From a virus, in the IMG/VR virus record IMGVR_UViG_3300022700_000069, positions 38,429 through 102,428 of that record: a stretch of 64,000 nt of DNA; one strand, 5' to 3'. Below the pieces are notes generated by a model, which had not been told where the DNA came from, did no database searches, and saw nothing but the letters and a program-made list of their open reading frames with translations. Positions 58,449 to 64,000 of this stretch are shown here, in pieces. How positions within the stretch are numbered: the first letter of the stretch is position 1; every line of letters begins with the position of its first letter. A program made the position numbers and the translations under genes.

Positions 58449-61400
58449 ATGGCATTAGATACTAGACCGAATCTTGATAATGGAAAATTTGAACAATTCT
58501 CAGGTGATGAATTATCTCTATCAGGAACAACAAATATATATGGTAATTTAGATGTAAAATCAAGTGGTAATTTAAACTTTCCTAATGGTGGGGATGGTAA
58601 ATTATTAATATCTGATAATTTAGGAAATGTTCAATTAGAATCATTTGGCGGTGCTAATGGTTTATCAAGGGATGGTAATAATATTGTACTTGGTGGTACA
58701 CTAACTGGTAATACTACAATAAGTAATTTAAATTCATATAATTTAAATTTTAGTGGTGATTCAATACAATATTCTGCTGATTATTCTTCTAATTATACAT
58801 CAAGATCAATTCCTGATGTTGCATTTGTAACGGGACAAACAAGTGGTTTAGAACCAGCAGGTAATAATTATGAGATTCAAATTAATTCAGGTAATACATT
58901 TATTGCAAGTCCACAATTAAAATATAATACATCAGCAAATGCATTTACTGTAGGATGTAGAGGTGGATTAGTTGGTAATAATAGTATTGTTTTGGGTGGA
59001 ACAAATATTTGTTGTAATGAAGCTAGTTGTGATTTTTCAGTAGTATTTGGTTATAATTCACGTACAACAGGTTCTACCGCAATGGCATTTGGATATAATG
59101 CAATTGCGGGTGGTTGTGAATCATTTGCATTTGGTGGTAATGTGTGTGCTATTGGTGATAATTCTGTTATATTTGGTCTTAGTTCATGTGCTTATAATAA
59201 ATATTCATTTGGAAATGGTCGCCAGTTAACATTATCTGGTGTCCATTCAATTGCATTTGGTTGTAATATATGTAGTACTGGGCAATATTCAAAAGGATTA
59301 GGGGAACAAATAGAATCATCTGGATATAATTCATTAGCAATTGGAACTTTCATTCAAGCATGTAGATCATTTTCAATAGGAATTGGTAGTTATGTATGTT
59401 CTAGGGGTAATTCTAGTACAGTAATTGGTTGTGGATTAGCAGCTAATGATTTATCAGAAATAGCATTAGGTAGATATAATGTTTCTGGTACTGGTTCACA
59501 ATATCAATGGATTAACACTGATAATTTATTTACTATTGGTAATGGGAGTGATAGTGCTAATAGAAATAATGCATTTCAGATTTTAAAGAACGGTAATACT
59601 ATAATTGACGGTGATTTATTGGTGTGTGGTAATATTAGTGGTGCTACATTTAGTGGTGCAAGTGGTGGGGGTGGAGAACCAGCAGGTAATGATTATGAGA
59701 TTCAATTTAATTCAGGTAATACATTTACTGCTGATTCAAAGTTACAATACAATTTAAATAATAATGCTTTTACTGCAGGACATAGATGTGGTAGTGTAGG
59801 TGTTAATAGTGTTGTTTTAGGAGGTAATAGTGATTTAAATACATGTAATGAAGCAAGTGGTACTGGTTCAACAGCATTGGGTGTTGGAAGTGTTGTAAGT
59901 GGTGATTATTCTATTGCAGGAGGATTTGGTTCATGTGTATTTGGTTGTCAGTCAATTGCATTAGGAAATAATAATAATTCATGTGGTTTAAGATCAGTTT
60001 CATTTGGTTCAGGTAATGATGCTATTGGTGATTATTCAACAGCATTTGGTTATGTTACATGTGCGACTGGTTGTACTTCAACAGCATTTGGTGTTAGTAC
60101 TCATGCATATGGAGATAGTTCAACAGCATTTGGTAATAGTAGTGAAGCATGGGGTGTTTCTTCAGTAGCATTTGGTTCACTTTCATGTGCAATTGGTTGT
60201 AGATCAATAGCATTTGGTAATCAATCATGTGCAAGTAATGATACATCAATAGCATTTGGTACATGTGGATATGCATTTGGTTGTAGATCAACAGCATTTG
60301 GTTTTATAACACTTGCAAATGGTTGTGTTACTACTGCATTTGGTTGTGGAACGAGAGCAACAGGTGATTTTTCAACAGCTTTTGGTAGTCAATCATGTGC
60401 ATCAAATAATTATTCAACGGCTTTTGGTTTACTTTCATGTGCAACTGGTTATGGATCAACAGCTTTTGGTAGTCAATCATGTGCATCTTGTAATTATTCA
60501 ACAGCATTTGGTAAAAATACAATAGCAAGTGAATATTATTCAACAGCTTTGGGTTGTGCATCAGAAGCTAATGGTAGACATAGTTTAGCAATTGGTGATT
60601 GTTCAATTGCAAATGATTATAACGAAATAGTGTTAGGTAGATATAACGTTAGTGGTACTGGTTCACAAACAATTTGGAATTCAACAGAAAATTTATTTAC
60701 AATTGGTAATGGTACATCAACAACACCAAATAATGCTTTTCAAATCCTAAAAAATGGTAATACATATATTGATGGTAATTTAGAAGTTAATGGTGATATT
60801 ATTGGTTTTTCATCAGAAAATTATTATTTATCAAATGCGAGTTTTAATTCAACAAATGGTGATTTAACATTAAGTGTAAGTGGTGCAACAGATCAAATTG
60901 TTAATTTAGATGGTAGATATTGTACTACTGATCGATATGTTTGTGGTTCTAATTTTGATACTAGTACTGGTATTCTTTGTTTAGTGATAGCAAATGGTAC
61001 AGAAGTTACTGAAGATTTAGATGGTAGATATTGTACTACTGATAATTATGCTACAGGTGTAAGTGGTAGTGGTAATGGAACTATTACAATTTGTAGAACT
61101 AATGGTAATATAACTGGAGATTTATCACATACTCATGATAGTAGATATTATACAGAAACTGAATCGGATAATAGATATGTTAGAAAAGATGTGTATGGTA
61201 ATAATACATTTAATGGTTCTTATTTAATGTTTAATGATGGTGGAACCAGTAGTAGAGATTTTATTGGATTTAATGAAACCAATAATTCATTTGTATTTAA
61301 TGCAGATACATCATTAACAACAACTGCTGCAAATGCTATTATATGTGCAGGAACAGTTTGTTCAACCGCATTTAGAACAACAGGTTCTGGATTGAGGTAT

Positions 61401-61790
61401 TGTGGTGGTACTGGTTGTGGTTGTGCAGTTGATTGGATAGCATCATCTGATATTAGATTTAAAAAAGATGTTGTACCAATAATAAGTGCATTATCTAAAG
61501 TTGATTCACTTTGTGGTGTTTGTTATAATTTATGTGATAATGATAATCCTGATATGGGTCTTATTGCACAAGATGTTGAAAAAATTGAACCAAGACTTGT
61601 AAGTAAAAGTGAACCAACAGATGAATATAAAAACAAATATAATATAAATGATCAAGTATATGGTCTTAAATATGACAAATTTGCTGGATTATTTGTTGAA
61701 GCAATTAAAGAACTAAAAAATCAAAATATAAATCAGCAAAATCAAATTAAAGAATTAAAAGATCAAATTAAAGAATTAAAAAATAACTAA
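58449..61790 (+). CDS. Tail fibre with YadA-like head repeats and C-terminal S74 intramolecular chaperone
   Basis: 14-aa STAFG repeats in two duplicated blocks; SSDIRFKKD, GLIAQDVE, LFVEAIKEL. Confidence 0.88.
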   Translation: MALDTRPNLDNGKFEQFSGDELSLSGTTNIYGNLDVKSSGNLNFPNGGDGKLLISDNLGNVQLESFGGANGLSRDGNNIVLGGTLTGNTTISNLNSYNLNFSGDSIQYSADYSSNYTSRSIPDVAFVTGQTSGLEPAGNNYEIQINSGNTFIASPQLKYNTSANAFTVGCRGGLVGNNSIVLGGTNICCNEASCDFSVVFGYNSRTTGSTAMAFGYNAIAGGCESFAFGGNVCAIGDNSVIFGLSSCAYNKYSFGNGRQLTLSGVHSIAFGCNICSTGQYSKGLGEQIESSGYNSLAIGTFIQACRSFSIGIGSYVCSRGNSSTVIGCGLAANDLSEIALGRYNVSGTGSQYQWINTDNLFTIGNGSDSANRNNAFQILKNGNTIIDGDLLVCGNISGATFSGASGGGGEPAGNDYEIQFNSGNTFTADSKLQYNLNNNAFTAGHRCGSVGVNSVVLGGNSDLNTCNEASGTGSTALGVGSVVSGDYSIAGGFGSCVFGCQSIALGNNNNSCGLRSVSFGSGNDAIGDYSTAFGYVTCATGCTSTAFGVSTHAYGDSSTAFGNSSEAWGVSSVAFGSLSCAIGCRSIAFGNQSCASNDTSIAFGTCGYAFGCRSTAFGFITLANGCVTTAFGCGTRATGDFSTAFGSQSCASNNYSTAFGLLSCATGYGSTAFGSQSCASCNYSTAFGKNTIASEYYSTALGCASEANGRHSLAIGDCSIANDYNEIVLGRYNVSGTGSQTIWNSTENLFTIGNGTSTTPNNAFQILKNGNTYIDGNLEVNGDIIGFSSENYYLSNASFNSTNGDLTLSVSGATDQIVNLDGRYCTTDRYVCGSNFDTSTGILCLVIANGTEVTEDLDGRYCTTDNYATGVSGSGNGTITICRTNGNITGDLSHTHDSRYYTETESDNRYVRKDVYGNNTFNGSYLMFNDGGTSSRDFIGFNETNNSFVFNADTSLTTTAANAIICAGTVCSTAFRTTGSGLRYCGGTGCGCAVDWIASSDIRFKKDVVPIISALSKVDSLCGVCYNLCDNDNPDMGLIAQDVEKIEPRLVSKSEPTDEYKNKYNINDQVYGLKYDKFAGLFVEAIKELKNQNINQQNQIKELKDQIKELKNN

Positions 61791-61802
61791 AAATATTTAA
61801 TT

Positions 61803-62264
61803 ATGGCATTACCAACATCAGGGTCTTTAAGTATTAAAGCAACAGCAGGTACAGATCGTTCAATTGCTTGTGAAATAGATGGTGATATTACAGGTAATAA
61901 AAGTTTATTAGCATTAGGTAATTCTGCATTTGGTAGTTCAGAGCAACCACATAGTATGAGTGAATTTTATGGGTATAGTTCAAAATCATTAACATTATCT
62001 ACAACAGGTTTAATATTTATGAGTTCTCCAAGCACACAATCATTATCATATACGATTTCACCAACAACTGCATACCCAATTGAATATTCATCACCATCTT
62101 GGGTATCATCAGTAACAATATATTCATTATGTTGTTGTATTGATATAAGTGTATTCTGTAATTCATCTACTTCTCAAAGATCGGGATGTGTTTGTTTTTG
62201 TCATTGTGGTGATTCAACAATTACTAAAGCATTATGTGTTAGTCAGCAAGGATCGCTCTTTTAA
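61803..62264 (+). CDS. Small fibre-associated protein, Cys-rich
   Basis: MALPTSG.LS...MSEFYG N-terminus, typical of ORFs following S74 fibres; possible BACON-like C-terminus. Confidence 0.7.
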   Translation: MALPTSGSLSIKATAGTDRSIACEIDGDITGNKSLLALGNSAFGSSEQPHSMSEFYGYSSKSLTLSTTGLIFMSSPSTQSLSYTISPTTAYPIEYSSPSWVSSVTIYSLCCCIDISVFCNSSTSQRSGCVCFCHCGDSTITKALCVSQQGSLF

Positions 62265-62293
62265 TTAATAGTATTTATATAAAAGATTAAAAT

Positions 62294-64000
62294 ATGGGAA
62301 ATAGATCAAATATTAATTTAAATGCATATGCTACGTTTGGTGAAAATGTGGGTAGTGGTGCAACAACAATATATAAAGGAAAGTGTGATGTTAATACATT
62401 ACAATTTAAGTCAATTAGTACAGTAGGTGATGGAATATTATTATTAAGCGACAATGATAATATCATTATTTCTGGTAAAACTGGTGCAACTACTACTACT
62501 GTGAATTGGGGTAATATTTGTGGCAGCATTTCAAATCAAATTGATCTTCAAAATAACTTTTTAAAACTTGATCAATCTATATCTCAAAATATAACTGGTG
62601 GAACGCCACAGTTTGATGGTATTCGATTTAATTCTAGTACTGGTATAACACATTCGCATAATACAGGTGATGTTCATTGGAATGGTGAAAGTAGAACATT
62701 AGAAGTGGATTTATTCCCACCAACTGTTAATTTACAGGTTGGTCAAGAATCACATGTATTGGTAAAAAATAATACAGGTTTATTAATACCCAATGGTAAG
62801 GTTGTATATCCAATAGGTGCAGAGGATGGATTCCCAACAATTGATTTAGCTGATGCAATAACACCAACAAAACAAATTGGTGTTACAACACATGATATTG
62901 CTGACGGTGAAATAGGATTTGTTACAACATTTGGAAAAGTTAGAAATCTTAATACTTCTGGATATACTGGTGGTACACCAATATATGTTAGTATCACCCC
63001 CGGAGAATTTACTGATACACCACCACCAGCACCATATAATGTATTATCATTGGGTTTAATTACAAAACAAGATGCTATTGATGGTACACTTATAGTTGAT
63101 TTTAAAGGAACGTTTGGATTAAATGAATTATCTGATGTTCAAACAACAACACCCATTGCAACAGGTAGTTTTCCTGTTTGGATTGGTACATATTATGATT
63201 TAACTACGAATATAAATGATTATGTTTTAAAATCAACATTTAGCGGTTTTACTGGATCAACAAGTCTACAGGGTGTAACAGAAGTTGGTTCTACTACAGA
63301 TGTTGAAAGTACATTTAATTCCGGTATAATTACAAATAGAATAAAACCAACTGGTGATACTACAACTGCTATTCAAATAAGTGATAATAGTAATAATCCA
63401 ATTGTAAATTTTGATACAATAAGTGGTTTTACTGGTTATGGAATAATATCACCACATACACGAATTCATTTATTTGGTACAGATACAAGTGGTACATATA
63501 AGCATGCTGAATTGCAATCAAATGGAATAAAAATTGATGGTGTTGCAGGTGCTGATAAAGATATTCAATGGGCAGAAAATGGAACAGTATACTGGACTAC
63601 AGGAACATTAAGGGATGAAAATAGTAAATTCTGGTATATTCATAATCATTTTGGAAATAACACACCATTTGCATCATCAAGTTCAGGTAGAATCGGTATT
63701 AATACACCTAGCGATATAATTAATAAATATGCCCTTGCTGATTTAAATAATACAGGACTAAATGATATTAGATTTTCTGGTAGATATGTTAGGAGTTTTA
63801 TATCAGTATTTCAAATAGAAATTGATAGTATTGGTACACCTGATACATTTAGATGGAGAGTATCATATGATAGAGGTGATACTTATGAAAGTTGGACAAC
63901 AGGTGTTCCAATATCAACAGGTGGTACGTTATTAGAAAATGGTGTATATGTATATTTCTTGTCAGAAACTGGACATGATCTTGGTGATTCTTGGGAAAAA
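62294..64000 (+). CDS. Fibre-like virion protein, 3' truncated (not in ORF track)
   Basis: ATG 62294 after GTATTTATA (62271). MGNRSNINL..ENVGSG..QVGQESHVLVKNNTG..IPNGKVVY..GVTTHDIADG, paralogous to the 50956 and 52424 proteins. Confidence 0.8.
   Translation, partial: MGNRSNINLNAYATFGENVGSGATTIYKGKCDVNTLQFKSISTVGDGILLLSDNDNIIISGKTGATTTTVNWGNICGSISNQIDLQNNFLKLDQSISQNITGGTPQFDGIRFNSSTGITHSHNTGDVHWNGESRTLEVDLFPPTVNLQVGQESHVLVKNNTGLLIPNGKVVYPIGAEDGFPTIDLADAITPTKQIGVTTHDIADGEIGFVTTFGKVRNLNTSGYTGGTPIYVSITPGEFTDTPPPAPYNVLSLGLITKQDAIDGTLIVDFKGTFGLNELSDVQTTTPIATGSFPVWIGTYYDLTTNINDYVLKSTFSGFTGSTSLQGVTEVGSTTDVESTFNSGIITNRIKPTGDTTTAIQISDNSNNPIVNFDTISGFTGYGIISPHTRIHLFGTDTSGTYKHAELQSNGIKIDGVAGADKDIQWAENGTVYWTTGTLRDENSKFWYIHNHFGNNTPFASSSSGRIGINTPSDIINKYALADLNNTGLNDIRFSGRYVRSFISVFQIEIDSIGTPDTFRWRVSYDRGDTYESWTTGVPISTGGTLLENGVYVYFLSETGHDLGDSWEK

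Noticed and set aside
52424-61790. Diversity-generating retroelement in the fibre repeats
   Set aside because: There is no reverse transcriptase in the window. The repeat pairs are both coding and differ at synonymous positions that are not adenine-specific.
609-62997. Short alternative-frame and antisense ORFs inside long genes (e.g. 609-866, 1132-1362, 45978-46307, 60094-60561, 62287-62529, 62743-62997)
   Set aside because: Shadow ORFs produced by codon bias, fully overlapping well-supported genes.
1-64000. Stop-codon reassignment
   Set aside because: Long genes are intact in the standard code, and TAG/TGA end real genes (26075, 46913, 58322, 7304). The TGA anticodon reads Ser TCA and is not a suppressor.

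Overview
Very AT-rich, gene-dense segment of a large contractile-tailed (T4-superfamily-like) phage. The host is most likely Bacteroidota, based on several TTG-N19/21-TAnnTTTG promoters. The genetic code is standard. In order, the window holds: tail sheath and tube, baseplate genes, a gp55-like sigma factor, PhoH, tail chaperones with a predicted -1 frameshift, tape measure, two Hef-like homing endonucleases, a glycosyl-/sulfo-/methyltransferase island, putative head internal proteins, a replication module (SSB, RecA/UvsX, 5'-3' exonuclease, DnaB-like helicase) and a large modular tail-fibre cluster. The standout is 43079-43855. Next to one normal tRNA-Met sit five RNAs sharing a covarying structural module (4-bp stem, AACY / 6-nt internal loop, 9-bp stem, TWCAGTA). 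The module is fused to tRNA-like bodies in different topologies: inserted in the D-loop twice, wrapped around a whole tRNA-Lys, wrapped around a circularly permuted tRNA-Ser, and wrapped around a minimal hairpin. The array lies directly upstream of a Ro60/TROVE-like vWA protein and an ARPP-like protein, and shares an ECF-type promoter with them. This suggests an undescribed phage Y-RNA-like tRNA-chimera ribonucleoprotein system. Protein calls come from motif recognition only; no searches were run.
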